The position numbers and the translations under genes were made by a program. A stretch of 64,000 bases of DNA, from contig OZ024742.1 of NCBI GenBank assembly GCA_964016885.1, positions 91,078,001 through 91,142,000 of the forward strand, written 5' to 3'. Below the pieces are notes generated by a model. It did not search any database, had not been told where the DNA came from, and saw only the letters and a program-made list of their open reading frames with translations. The number at the start of each line of letters is the position of its first letter. Positions within the stretch are counted from its first letter, which is position 1. Of this stretch, positions 27,209 through 40,624 are shown in pieces. The DNA is from Eledone cirrhosa. Lineage: Eukaryota.

Positions 27209-28351
27209 TATCATCATCATCATCATTAACATCATCATCATCGTCATCAACACAATCACAACAAGCACCACCGTAGCCACTCTATTATAAAAATCACCGC
27301 CATTATAATAACCACCATCATTACTATCGTCACTATTGCCCACACCACCACCACCAGCAATAACACTGTCAATGTTATTATTGTTATCATCACCCATCAC
27401 TCCTATCACCATCACCATCGTTATCAAAATCGTCAGTAGCATCCACATATCATTTATCCTCCCCCTCTGACCACCACTTCTACTTCCTCCTCTTCATCAG
27501 AGTTATATATTAGCCATATAGTGGACACGCTTTGCTAAAGACACAGCAGGCCTGCAGCAATCAGAGGTGAGACGCCGTAGCATTGCATCGAATACACTGA
27601 GAAGCAATAAAGAGTGCCACAGGGAGAGAGAGAGAGGGGGTAAGAGGGGTGGGGAAAGGAAGAGGGAGAGACGGATATTGTGAGAGATGGGTAGAGGAAC
27701 ATTAAGTGGTTGAGGGTAGAGCTTGAGGGTAGAGCAAGAGGATAAACAAATTTAGTGGGCGTAGGACTGGAGGTGGTGTTGGCGATGGTGAATGGTGATG
27801 GTCACCACGGTGGTAGTGAGGATGATGGAAGTATGGACACAGAGAAATAGAAGAACGAACGAAAGAAAGGAATGGAATGAAGAAGCAAATATAAAATATC
27901 TTGAAAACAGTAAATACAAATATATTTCTCCACATTTCAAACACCTTTTCTCTCGTTTTAACCGGTCTCTCCATCCACACTTGCACGCTCTCTATCTCAG
28001 TCGCTCTCACTCTCTGTTGTATCTCATATATCATATACAACATATTATCTTGGAATCATTAACTAGCCTATCTTAAGAAGCATTGGGAAAACGAGAAATT
28101 TGAAATGTGTACGTCCCAACGTAAATGATCACAACAAGAGTTCATCGCTGTAAAAAATATTGAAGACAATCAGGAAAAAACACCTCTGGAGAGGGAAAAT
28201 GTGGCCAGCTTTTCCACATTTTCCAGATTTCCCATTTCCAGAGGTGATGTACGAGATTATTCCAAACTATTATAGTGATCGACTTTTGTTGTGGTCATTT
28301 GCGTAAGGTCGCACAGTTTTCAAATATGTACATGCTATAGTCATTGAGAAT

Positions 28352-28421
<70 letters not shown>

Positions 28422-28434
28422 GAAGAAGAAGAAG

Positions 28435-28465
<31 letters not shown>

Positions 28466-28614
28466 TTGAAATTTACTATGATCAAGGAAAACTCCCAGAT
28501 TCAAGCGTCTTCACTTAGTATGTTGTAATCAAGTAATTATTGAATTAAATATGCTTACCCTACACTCTGTTTTCTGACGGATACTATGCTAGTATATATA
28601 TATATATATATATA

Positions 28615-28696
<82 letters not shown>

Positions 28697-28698
<2 letters not shown>

Positions 28699-29200
28699 AG
28701 GTCGCTCTTCAGCGCTACTGGTAATATGTAACCCAGAACAGCTTGTGCAGGGTCGGGTCGTCGGTGACTAAACCGGCAACCCCCACCAAGCTTGCTTGAC
28801 AGCCTGTGGGATGAAAAGCAAGACGCGTCAAAAGGCGGAACTCAGGAGAGTCAACGGGCATCCAATAAAACTTTTTTTGTGGAGCGAGAGAATCCTAGTC
28901 TTCATTAAGACATCTCTCTAAAAAAATGTTACTCTGATATAAAACCTGCGACTTCATTTGAATCAAGTGATGTAGATCAGTTCTTTATTTTGGGTGAATG
29001 CATTCGATGTTCAGAGAGTGGAAATGGCCCCGTGCAAAACCTTTCCTCACTTAAAAAAGCTTCAAGCATAGGCACTTTTTGCGATGCTGGCCATAGGTAA
29101 ATCCCTAGTTGGATTAAAAACCACATCCCTAGTTGGACTAAAAAACGACTCATGCTTAAGTATCAAGCGATGGTAATACTCAAAATCGAGTTGCCGCCAT
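28697..29200 (+). mobile_element. diverged RTE-derived non-autonomous element
   Basis: ctactggtaatatgtaacccag..ggtgactaaaccggcaaccccc 5' part and the shared 3' stem-loop. Confidence 0.7.
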
Positions 29201-29217
29201 TATATATACACATATAT

Positions 29218-29274
<57 letters not shown>

Positions 29275-29513
29275 TCCATCTCACCGCTCCTGATAAAACC
29301 GTTTCTTTCTTCCTCATCTCTCCGAAATGTTCAATTCCTTGATGAAGGACTAACATCCGATGCGTTAAAACATTTATTTTCTCTTTCCAACAAGCGTGAA
29401 ACTAATAATGCTTTCTGTTATTGTGTTCGTCTTGTTTATCTTGTTTATCTTGATATATATAAACAAAATAAAAATGCCGTAGACATACAATACAACAGGA
29501 GGAAACATAATAG

Positions 29514-29557
29514 TACCACTGATGATGTTGCAGATGCGAAACGAAAGAACTTTGATA
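29514..29557 (+). ncRNA. minimal HHR motif (family B), stem II partly decayed
   Basis: tacca CTGATGA t gttgca gatg cgaaac GAAA g aa c TT tgata. The element 29460-29750 is homologous to the reverse complement of 57660-57960. Confidence 0.55.
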
Positions 29558-29749
29558 GACTATATATATATTTATATCTGTATTTTTAACCGTTGGTCAA
29601 TCAATGATAAACATTGATTGCCAAATAAATTAACTATGGAGATATAAAAGATACAGAACAAAAAACCAACCAAACAGTGTGTGTTCTGTTATTATTTCTG
29701 GCAATATTACAATATTACTACAACAATATGACCCTCCCCAAGTGTAACA

Positions 29750-29781
<32 letters not shown>

Positions 29782-30333
29782 ACACACACATACATACTCC
29801 TTGTTATCTTTCTGTATTTTCCAACTTCGTTTTTGCTCCCAACATTTCATACCTACACTCTTTCTCCGTAGCACTAGCATTTTTTTTTTTTTTTATCTTG
29901 CAATTATAAAATGTCTGAAAATCCCCAGTTTTGTTGATATAGTTGTTTTTATTCATACTAAAACCTATCCCCTCATCCTGGCTTTTATTTCTACACCTCA
30001 ATGTAAACTTCAATTTCTCTTGCTGTTCCACTCTACGATTTCACCATAGGTATTCAGAGAAGTCATGGCTATTGTCCATCTAATTACTAACGGGTGAAGA
30101 TTAACGACAAATACAACACCATCAACAGCAGCCGCAACAATAGATGTCTTCAGAGCGCCTCGCCCCGGGACATACTTCACTTTAAGTCAGTTGAATGAAA
30201 ATTTCACACATAGTAAAACGCATAAACACGCAACACACAACTTATACATACAAATAAACTATATTTGAATGTAGAGAGAGATATGACTACGTTTGTGAGA
30301 TTGTGGTGCGTACGCATATTGAGTGTTAATGTT

Positions 30334-30482
<149 letters not shown>

Positions 30483-31641
30483 GTATGTCTTGTGCACACA
30501 CACACATATTTATATATACATATGTTATTTCAGTTATGTATATTGAATGTATGTTAGCTTATTTTATGTCGCTACGACGCTGGTTTTGACCATGAAGAGT
30601 AGTCGAATAAATTGAGCATATAAACTCCGAAGTCATTTTAAAGCTTTATCTTTCAGTCATTATATGTAAACAAAGAACGAATTGTTTTTATGAAGAATTG
30701 AATAAGTTTGAATTTTGAAAGTATCATACGTTAGCTTATTGCGAGCTGATGCAACGCAATGATAGATTGCAAAATATAGCAATAATAGAATTTGTAATCA
30801 ATATTAGAGAATCACACCCATTATTATGTTAACTTTCAACCTTATTCTAGATATTTTAAATACTCTTTTTAAATTTAAATATTTTTGTCAGCGTTGAATA
30901 TTTTTTTTACCTATGAACATTTTAAAAACCGTAACCTTTTTGTGAAATTTAAGCATCCTGGTTTAGCCTTTAAAACTACTTAGTATAATCTCTAAGTCTT
31001 TTAAAACATGAAAATGTTGATATATTTCACAAATGACTAATTAAAAGCCACTTAAGCTGTCGTATTAAAAAGAATATTTCAGAAACGTATGTATCACAAG
31101 ATTAAGGTGATAATCTAGAATTCAGAACAGGACAGAATGTTAAAACCTAGGCATGCTTCGGTTGCAAGGTATACAGGTGTTTTAAGTAAAATTTTGAATT
31201 TTTGTCCACTATTGGTAATTTCACTTGCCTTTTCCGCTCAAGACGTTTATTTTATTTTCCGCTTTATTCATGTGGAGCGTCATGGGTTACTTCGCTTGTA
31301 TTATTGGGCGTTTCTATTTCCAAATATGTATTATTATTGTAACCGTTTCGTTATACTTATCGATGCAGTTCATTCTATTTGTGCTATTTGATTCATTTCT
31401 CGTATCTCTGTATACAATAGTTTTCACGTGTTAAATTATAACTTTCGTAAATTTCAGATTTTGTTTGTCTAGAATTAAATGTTACGTTAATAACTTTCGT
31501 TTTTTTTGTATCATGACATGTTTTATATACTTTTTTACAGTTTCAATAATAAGTTATACTTTTTCTTTTGTAGTTTATACTATCTAGCTTTAAAACAGGC
31601 CGAACTTCTTCATACAGATCACAAAATTATATATATATATA

Positions 31642-33120
31642 CTAGCAGAATGGCCCGGCGTTGCTCGGGCTTCTAAACATAGATTGGCATGTTTATCCCT
31701 CCTTTCTGAAACAGTACAGAGAAGTACGGAATACTTCGGCCTGGAGATGGTGGCTACATTTTGTGCTTATCATTTTCCATTAAGATTTTTCAAAAGCATG
31801 TAATTGCTTTCCATTTCTTTTTTGTTGTTGTTGTTTTTGCTGCTGTTGGTGTGATAGCAGGCGTTTGTCGTACTACTAACACAGTCTCGTCCTTCTGCAA
31901 CCAATCGTGTATATCCCCTTCTGCCTCGTCTACCTAAACAATGATTGTAGCACCTCCTTGTACACATATTCCTTGTTCTTCCGTGTCGGGCATATGCAAA
32001 GAGATTTGTCTTGCTTCTCACTCTTGAGCAGCCAACGTATAGTTGCCCGTGTGAAAAACATGACTCTACCAACAGAAGACCAGCAACAGCTAGGGTCTGA
32101 CTCTGGGATTTGTTGATAGACATTGCAAAACTGACACGGTTCGGCGAATGGTTCGTTGGTTGTCTGTTTCAAGTGCTCTTCTGGTGGCAGTACGTTCAGC
32201 ATCTTGCATCAGTCGAATAGCATCAGCATCAGTCGAATAGCAGATTCCACTGACGATTCGTTTGCCCGCCTTGTTCTTTTTCTTGCCGCTTTCGCAGTAT
32301 TTCGACCAATGGAGTATCTCTTCCTTCGACGCATGACCTTAAATCAGGACGAAGTACACTAAGACTAACTGGTAGAGTATGGATTAAACTCGTCAGTGAT
32401 GCATGTGATTTCCGAACGGCTGACTATGTAATTGCTGGCCTTGTGCCAAAAGTAGTGGGACTTTTGGGGCGACATATCGGCAGTAACAATGACGATAAGC
32501 CGTCTGTGCTTTCGTCAAATAAATACATTTGTTTATATTTTGTTTTTGTGTATGCAAAAATATCTGTACACGAATATATATAAATATTAAAATAACAGAT
32601 TAAAGTTTAAGCAAAGAATCGCTGCTTTCACCCTTAACGGAATCTTCTGAAACTAAAAAAATCAATCTGTGAACGCAGAAGTAAATATTTCGAAAAACGT
32701 TGCAACCGAAGGAAAACAGGAAGACGATACTTTGGTTCGTGAAGACGCTCCCTGGCAATGAACGGAAAATAGCGAAGATAATACGTCAGCAATGAGAACA
32801 ATGTTTTCATAATGTCGTAATGCAGACAGCCAGACATACAGACAGATATTATAAGGGCGCGACATTATAGCTATGTATCTATCTAAAAAGACAGACTATG
32901 AAAGAGAGAGAGAGATCGTTAACCGGTGCCTAACACGCCTTTAACAACAGAAAATTGAAAAATAAAAGCTGCAGTTAATGTCTTTAGACCGCAAGGAATA
33001 TAAAAATGCAAGTTTGAAGTCAATCGGAGTAGAAATATGGATTTGTATAGACTTTGCAAAAATTAGGACACACACACACACGGACACGGACACACAGACA
33101 ATTTCAGTTTTATATATATA
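31642..33120 (-). mobile_element. non-autonomous, internally deleted Helitron
   Basis: 3' end has the hairpin cccgagcaacgccggg then CTAG|T. Helicase C-terminal remnant [25 protein letters not shown]. 5' end tatatataaaactg..gtctgtgtgtcc (approximate). Confidence 0.8.
32595..32670 (-). ncRNA. full-length HHR-like motif with CAGAAGA core (family A), nested inside the Helitron
   Basis: Reverse-complement homologue of 61052-61127. Confidence 0.6.
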
Positions 33121-33331
33121 TATAATAATAATAAAGTAACTGTTCCTAAGTGTAAAAAATACGTATAGGGATACAAGTATTATCCAACCGTATGCCAATG
33201 TGGTTCTATGGAAGGTTAATAAATTAACGAGCCAGAACATATAAAATCATTCACTCTCATCCGGGAACAGTTTTGTATGGCGCCAGTTTGTGATTTGAAC
33301 TCGGGAATTTTATATTCTCCGAGCGAGAAGA

Positions 33332-33415
33332 ACCTTCTGTCGAGAGTCCCCTTCTCAATGGAAGTCCGCCTGGATTATCCATTTATTTTGGTATTTGAAA
33401 CCGCGCGGTAAAGGT
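33332..33415 (+). ncRNA. degenerate type-I HHR
   Basis: acctt CTGTCGA gagtcc..ggtattt GAAAC cgcgcg GTA aaggt. A6U core change and palindromic stem III. Confidence 0.6.
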
Positions 33416-33483
33416 ATATATAGTAAGTACAGTGAACTTTTTAAAATTTATTTAAAAACTTTTTCTCTATTTGCTAAACCTTG

Positions 33484-33528
<45 letters not shown>

Positions 33529-33687
33529 CTGTGATCTGTATAAAGAGTCCTCCGAGGAACTGGAAACATATGATTCCAGTTCCTCGGAGGACTAACAACA
33601 CATCCAGGAGCTGGACATATCGATGAATTGACAGTGGAACACATTTCAACAACATGTTTGCCTGTTTTTTTCTACATTAATTTGTAT

Positions 33688-33738
33688 TGCCTGATGAGGT
33701 CACAGCCAATAATAGCTGTCACTGAAATATATATAGCA
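33688..33738 (+). ncRNA. type-I HHR with intact core
   Basis: tgc CTGATGA ggtcacagc caataata gctgtcact GAAA tatata TA gca. The same element carries a perfect 20-bp hairpin at 33546-33593. Confidence 0.75.
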
Positions 33739-33825
33739 GAGAATTTATAATAAAGGAAGCCAAATTTAACATGTTTGACTTACTTATTTTACACACAACC
33801 ACACACACAAACACACGCGCGCGTG

Positions 33826-33863
<38 letters not shown>

Positions 33864-33864
33864 A

Positions 33865-33971
<107 letters not shown>

Positions 33972-36630
33972 GGGAGGCTGTTCTGCTAGAGAACGCGTCG
34001 CAAGTGGCGGATAGAGCACCAGGTATGATGGTTAGTTGCAATATAAGCAGGCAACTGCCGGACGAATAAGCAACTCCGGACCAACAGCGGTAAACTACTA
34101 GGGGAGATGGAGCTAAAGGTGACGACTGTACCTTCCAAGAAAACACTCACAACCCAATGACGCAGCTACAACGAGGAGAGTAAAAGCCGCCTCTAAAACA
34201 AGCCTAAGTTTCGCGGGTTTGATAATAGAAAGCATAAAGACTGGTTCGATGAAAATGATCCAGTCATCCAGACCTTGCTTGAAGAGAAACAAAAAGTGCT
34301 GACGTCATTGTTGTGTGAGACACGTTCTGCCGGGAGTAACCGGACCTTCAGGCAGATCAAGGCACGTGTGCAGCATCGATTGAGAGTCATGCAGTATACC
34401 TGGTGGAGCCAAAAGGCTGATGAAATCCAGAGGGCCTCAGATAGACATGATACAAAGCTCCTATACAGTCTGCTCAGGGAGGTGCATGGTCCGACCAGTT
34501 TACAAATATCACCACTTCGCTCCGGGGACGGCAAGGAATTTCTCAGAGATCCGAAGGAAATCCTGATCAGGTGGCATGGCCACTTTGATGAGCTTCTCAA
34601 CAGACCATCAGAAATTGATGATGAGTTCATCCGGTCGATTTCATCCAGACCTACAAAGTTGGCAATGGCTGATCCTCCTTCATTTGATGAGGTGGCGAAG
34701 GCCATTGCCAAATTAAACAGCGGCAAGTCACCTGGAATGGATGGACTGAGTGCCGAGATTTTCAAGTGTGCTGGTGATAACTTCTTAAACCACCTCACTG
34801 ATCTCTTTGTGAATGTTTGGAATGAAGAGGATGTGCCGCAGGATTGGAAAGATGCATTGATGGTGGTACTTTACAAAGGAAAGGGAGCCAAAGATGACTG
34901 TGACAACTACAGAGGTATTTCACTGCTATCTGTGGCTGGGAAGATCTTGTGCAGGATATTGTTTGATATATTGATACAGCACATCGTTGTTGAGGTACTT
35001 CCTGAGTCCCAATATGGCTTTAGGAATGGCAGAAGTACTATTGACATGATCTTCTCAGCGAAACAACTTCAGGAGTAATGCATTGAGCAGCGCATGGACT
35101 TATACCAAGTGTTTGTCGATCTGACCAAGGCATTTGACACCGTTAATCGGAAGGCTTTGTGGGTTATTTTGGAGAGATTGGATTGTCCTGAAAAGTTTGT
35201 GAACATTCTCAAACTCTTCCACGATGACATGCAGGCATGGGTGAATGCTGGAGGTAAACTGTCTGAGCCAATCTCGGTTGAAAATGGTGTCAAGCAGGGT
35301 GATATACCTGCACCGAGTTTGTTTGCCTTGTACTTCGTGATGGTGTTCTTCATGGCCTTCAAGGATTGTCAACATAGTATCTATCTCAGATATCGCACTT
35401 CTGGAAGGCTGTGTAACCTTAGGCGTCTCACTGCCAACACTAAGGTACTGAGTACCTTGATCAGAGAATTTTTATATGCAGATGATTGTGATCTCTTTGT
35501 ACACTCTCAGAGTGACATGCAACACCTTATTGATTCTTTTTCCAATGCGTGCAGTGCTTTGGGACTGACAATCAGTCTGAAGAAGACTGTCTTCATGTAC
35601 CAACCTGCTCCGGATAAAGTTTTCAATGAACCCTCCATACACGTATACGGTCAAAAGCTGAAGGCTGCCGACACATTTGTGTATTTGGAGAGTACTCTGA
35701 GTGTGACCTGCTCTCTGGATGCAGAAGTTTATGTACGTGTTAGTAAGGCAAGTGAGTCATTTGGAAGGCTCAACGACCATCTTTGGTGCAGGCGAGGAAT
35801 CATAATGAGGACCAGGGTGAGAGTGTATGCTGCATGTGTACTGTCAGCTTTGTTGTATGCATGTGAGACATGGGTGGCCTACAAATGACCTATCCAAAGA
35901 CTGGAACGGTTTCACGAGCAGTGTCTCAGAAAGATGCTCGGTATCAAGTGGCAGATGCATGTGAGCGATGTTGAGGTCCTTGAGAGAAGTGAGTGTCGGA
36001 GTATTAGAGTATCATCCACCAACGGCGTTTGCGATGGACCGGACACCTCTGCAGAATAGGGGATGATCGAATCCCAAAATAACTCTTCTATGGCAAGCTT
36101 GGTGAGGGTAAGAGACCACCTCACAAGCCAAAGCTCCGATTCAAGGGTTGTGTAAACAACTCATTAAAAAAAACTGGTTTGATGATGGCTGAGTGGGAGA
36201 TAGAAGCTCTTGAAAGAGAGACTTGGCGAGGAATGATGAATGAGGGGGTCCATAATTTTGAGGACAGACGCATAGAGCACGAGAGGATCAAACGGGATGT
36301 GTGTAAGCAATGCCCCGGTGTATCTCTCGAAATGACCGGTGTCTCCATTGAATTGAAGTGCCCTGAGTGTGGAAAAATTTGCTTGAGCAAATCTGGTCTC
36401 AGGAGCCACAGTAACAGCCATGTTCAAAGAGAACTAGTGAACTATGATCTCCACCGTGCTGTGAGGGTTCACGGGCAACCTGATGCAGGACCTCAAGCCA
36501 GGGAGATCCATAGTTGTCGTCAGTGTGTGAAGGAGTGCAAGTCTCTAGCAGGTTTGAAAAGCCATAACCGAGCGTCCCACATCTGAATCTGACAAGCGAT
36601 TGCAATACGCTTGGCAGAGTTTGCAGCCAT
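33972..36630 (+). mobile_element. RTE-clade LINE, endonuclease deleted, RT with stops, C-terminal C2H2 zinc fingers
   Basis: ORFs 34275-35078, 35094-35888 (FVDLTKAFD, GVKQGD, YADD) and 36179-36586 (CPECGK..HSNSH, CRQC..H). RTE-like 5' UTR at 33972-34145. Confidence 0.9.
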
Positions 36631-36644
36631 CATATATATGTATG

Positions 36645-36741
<97 letters not shown>

Positions 36742-36767
36742 TTATTTATTTATTTATACATATATAT

Positions 36768-36832
36768 GAGGGCGGCAAACTCTGCCCAGAGTATTGCAAT
36801 CGCTTGTCAGATTCAGATGTGGGACGCACGGT
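36768..36832 (-). mobile_element. short inverted 3'-end copy of the same RTE family
   Basis: Reverse complement of 36572-36630 with about 4 differences. Confidence 0.8.
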
Positions 36833-36867
36833 TAATGCGTTCGTAGGCGGTATGCCGGTTGAGCACT

Positions 36868-36950
<83 letters not shown>

Positions 36951-37001
36951 TGATTAATGGTCTCCTCGGTCTCAGCACTGCAGACTCTATATATATATAT
37001 G

Positions 37002-37111
<110 letters not shown>

Positions 37112-37112
37112 T

Positions 37113-37632
37113 TATTTATTAAAATAACAGATTAAATTTTAAGCAAAGCATCGCTGCTTTCACCCTTAACGGGATCTTCTGAAACTAACAAAGTCAATCT
37201 GTAAACGCAGAAATGGATATTTAAAAAAACGTTGCAACCGGAGGAAGACAGGAAGACGATACTTTGGTTCGTGGAAACGTTCCCTGGCAAAGAACGGGAA
37301 AAAACGAATAATACGTCATTAATAGGAGCGGTGAAAAACAATTACGCGCAAAGACAGAACAACGTTTATGGTATAAAAGAGGTCGTAGTCTAATGTTCTC
37401 TTAGGTGGTTCATAGAGATGTTCTCTGGCAATAAACGAAAAAAACGAAGATAATACGTCATATGTGGAGCGTGGAGAACAATTAAGCGTTAAGGGTGAAA
37501 GCAGCGATTCTTTGCTTAAACTTTAATCTCTTATTTTAATAAATATTTGCTCTACGGTTCTTATATATTTGATATATATTTATCCTTATCGAGCCCTCTT
37601 TGGATTTTACTCTTCAAATGTATTATTATTAC
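37113..37632. mobile_element. family A HHR element with inverted terminal segment
   Basis: HHR-like motif on the minus strand at 37127-37202, an inverted partial copy from 37487, and a ~140-bp internal subrepeat. Confidence 0.75.
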
Positions 37633-38042
37633 TATATATATATATACATATATATAGAGTCTGCAGTGCTGAGACCGAGGAGACCATTGATCATGTGAGT
37701 ACTCGATACATGGGGAGATGTAGAGTGAGAATAGAGATGTATAAAGTCCCGACTGCGGCACCAAGCGACTTCGGCTTGGCATCACGGTGGGGGTTTTACA
37801 CGTGTGTGTGTGTATATATATATATATATTTCGTTTCTGAATTTGTTTAGCAAGATTCTTTATCTGAAATCGTGTGTTGAAACCGATATTGTTATACTTT
37901 GGGAGGGTTCAAAAATGAACACAAACACACACAGACACCCGGATGTGGCGCATGCGCAAACTGAGCACACAACACACACACAGAAACAAAATGGCGTAGG
38001 ATAGAAGAAAGGAAAGGCACAGAAACGAAGAAAGGAATCCCC

Positions 38043-38087
38043 AGTCACTGAAGAGGTCACAGAGTGTGTGACGAAAGGACTATGACT
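38043..38087 (+). ncRNA. minimal type-I HHR, intact (family B)
   Basis: agtca CTGAAGA g gtcaca gagtg tgtgac GAAA g ga c TA tgact. Perfect stems I and II. Lies in an element bounded by 19-bp inverted repeats at 37890 and 38259. Confidence 0.8.
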
Positions 38088-38255
38088 ATATATATAAACA
38101 ACTATCTGGTTGTGGAGCCAACCAACCAACCAGAAATTTATGAGTTTGTAAATTTGTAGATTTGTAAATTTATAAATTTATAAATATATAATAAATTGAA
38201 GTGAAAGCAACTGTTGCGTGTGTTTCTTATTGGCAACATGACCCTCCCAAAGTAT

Positions 38256-38298
<43 letters not shown>

Positions 38299-39339
38299 AG
38301 GCTTCCCTCTTCCGCAGAAATATTGGCAATTCACTTGTATGGCAGAATTATGTGCCTCCAGCAGATAATGCATTTTTACTACTAATTTTGAGACGAAGGT
38401 TTGTTATTTTGTAGGATTGTACCAAAATTACATTTCACTGTTATGAATTGTACTTTCAGCCTTCTGGAGAATCATAAAGTAAGTTCTAGACATGAAATAG
38501 GATCGATGGAATTGATTATATCCCTGCGCTTAAATTACTGTTTATATTATTATTAATTTTTGCTCTTGTGCCTAAATCAGAAGCAATTATTATTATTGTC
38601 GGCGCTGCTAAGTTTCTTTAATAGGAGAGAGATTTGATAACATTTATTCTTCTTCATGAAACAAAACTAAATATTTGTTAGAGTACCAATGACAAACAAG
38701 GTTTATATATATATACGTGCATACTTTACATGCATACATATATACATTCACAAACTCAGGCACTCACACACACATATGTGTATCCCTGTTTCCATGTTGT
38801 ATGCATATGTATGTGTGTATGTAAGTATGTATGTATGTATGTTTGTATGTATGTATTCATGTAAGTGTGTATGTATGCATGTATGTATACAGTAATTTTG
38901 TTGAATTATCGCCGGAACCTAGAGAAATTAACAGTAATTTGCTTGAAAGCGTATTGTTATTGATATCCTTGATACTATTTGTAACGAGGGTATAAATAAT
39001 ATAGGTTTCGGTGGGAGACGTATGACTGTGTCGAGGGAAGAAACGTGCAAGAAAACAACAGAATAAACAACTATAGGAGTGTATGACATGCAATGCCGTT
39101 AATCACTGCTAAACTTCATTTTTCACAGGACTTTATCTTTGATTCCACACTAAAACAAAAAGCTTTTGTTCCAATTGTCTTTCATACACGTTAATAGGAA
39201 CTCATGATCATCATTACGCTCCCCCTCCTCATCCTCATCCTCCTTACCATCACCATGACAATCACTGCAGCACCACAACCACTATTATTATTAACAACAA
39301 CAACAGCAACATCATTAATAATTGTGATGGTTTCTGATT

Positions 39340-39495
39340 TTATGCACAAGACCAAGAATTTTCGGAGAGGATAAATTCGATTAAATCGACCCCAGTGCAT
39401 GACTGGTGCTTTATTTTATCGACCCCGTAAGGATGAAAGGCAAAGCTAACTCCTCATCCTTACGGGGTCGATAAAATAAAACACCTGTAATGCAT
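39340..39495. mobile_element. SINE fragment with fold-back inversion (perfect 27-bp arms 39410-39436 / 39454-39480)
   Basis: tttattttatcgaccccgtaaggatga and its reverse complement. Confidence 0.8.
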
Positions 39496-39886
39496 GATAA
39501 TTTATGTTATTGTCCACAGGGGCGAATGGACGAATGAGAGGATATTACAAGGATAAGAAAAAAAATGGTGTGCAGTTTATGAAAGAACAGACAAGATAAA
39601 CAAACAGTATAGAAAAGGGTATGAAATGAGTTGCTTTAATCAAGGAATGCTACAGATCGAAGTTTATGTTGATTACGAAAGGCGAATATATTCTCCAGCT
39701 TATAGGCGCTTGTTTAGAGTAGGGACTTTCTCGCAAGCTATTCCTTTCGCTCTCACTCTGCTTTTTAAAATTCAAAGGCGGGCACCACCACTCATCTGCA
39801 CTCCCACCTATCCCTCTCCCTGGAACTAGAAGAAATTGATAAGGGCTTGGTGGGATAGTAAAGTGTCCTTTATGCTTTTAATCTTG

Positions 39887-40340
39887 TTACCAAAGAAATT
39901 GTTTTGCCAGAGCCACTAGACAGAATAATTTAACCCATTCCTTATTGGATAAAGGAAGGTAGTGGAATAATTCTTGAAATAAAGTCCGCTGATAGTAGAT
40001 GTGTCCTTCACGTGACATGTGCTCGAAGCACTTCCTCAATTCAATTTTTCGACACTGAACAAGAGCGTAAAAGAATGTTTCATTGCAGTGTGGCGATCTC
40101 GAAAACGCCTGGCTTATGGCACTTCCTTGTTTTCGGAGTTTATTCCAGCCAGGCATCCCATAAACTCCCGGTAGCACAGCCAAAAATCGACTGTTTAGTT
40201 GTTTGTTTTACACACCTATAAAACATTTGGTCGTGTGGGCGTTCATTACACACTTATTTACTCTTTATCCAAGGAACCCGCTCAGACTGTTGGGAAGGAA
40301 GAGAAATGGCATTCCTAAACCACACACCTAGTCCAGAGTG
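39887..40340 (-). pseudogene. Tx1/L1 ORF2 C-terminal (zf-RVT-like) fragment
   Basis: NKLRKQGSAIS..NETFFYALVQC..CLVALAKQFLW resembles a decayed Tx1 Cys/His region. Confidence 0.5.
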
Positions 40341-40624
40341 TAGAAGCAAAGGCAAATGCTCATCAGCAATCTGGTTCTATCCGATATGAGTTCAAATATT
40401 GCCGAGGTGAGCCTTTTTTTTATCAATAAATCAAGTACCAGTCCTGGTTTGGTGCAATTGATATAGTTTCCGACATGATGTTTTTCAGTATCTCTTACAG
40501 CCCATTATCTTTTGAGTTTTCCTGTGACATCACTAGTGCCAAGCTATATCAGCCATCAACCCTCTGTGGTATAATATTGGTAGCAAATAGTCTAAATTTT
40601 AAACCTACGCAGAAATGTCGGAAG

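Noticed and set aside
37890-38259. TGT..ACA element with 19-bp TIRs and ATAT flanks, suggesting a Ginger-type MITE or solo LTR
   Set aside because: Homology with the 57600 copy extends beyond the apparent TIR and arm lengths differ (19 vs ~105 bp). This fits PLE-type inversions better.
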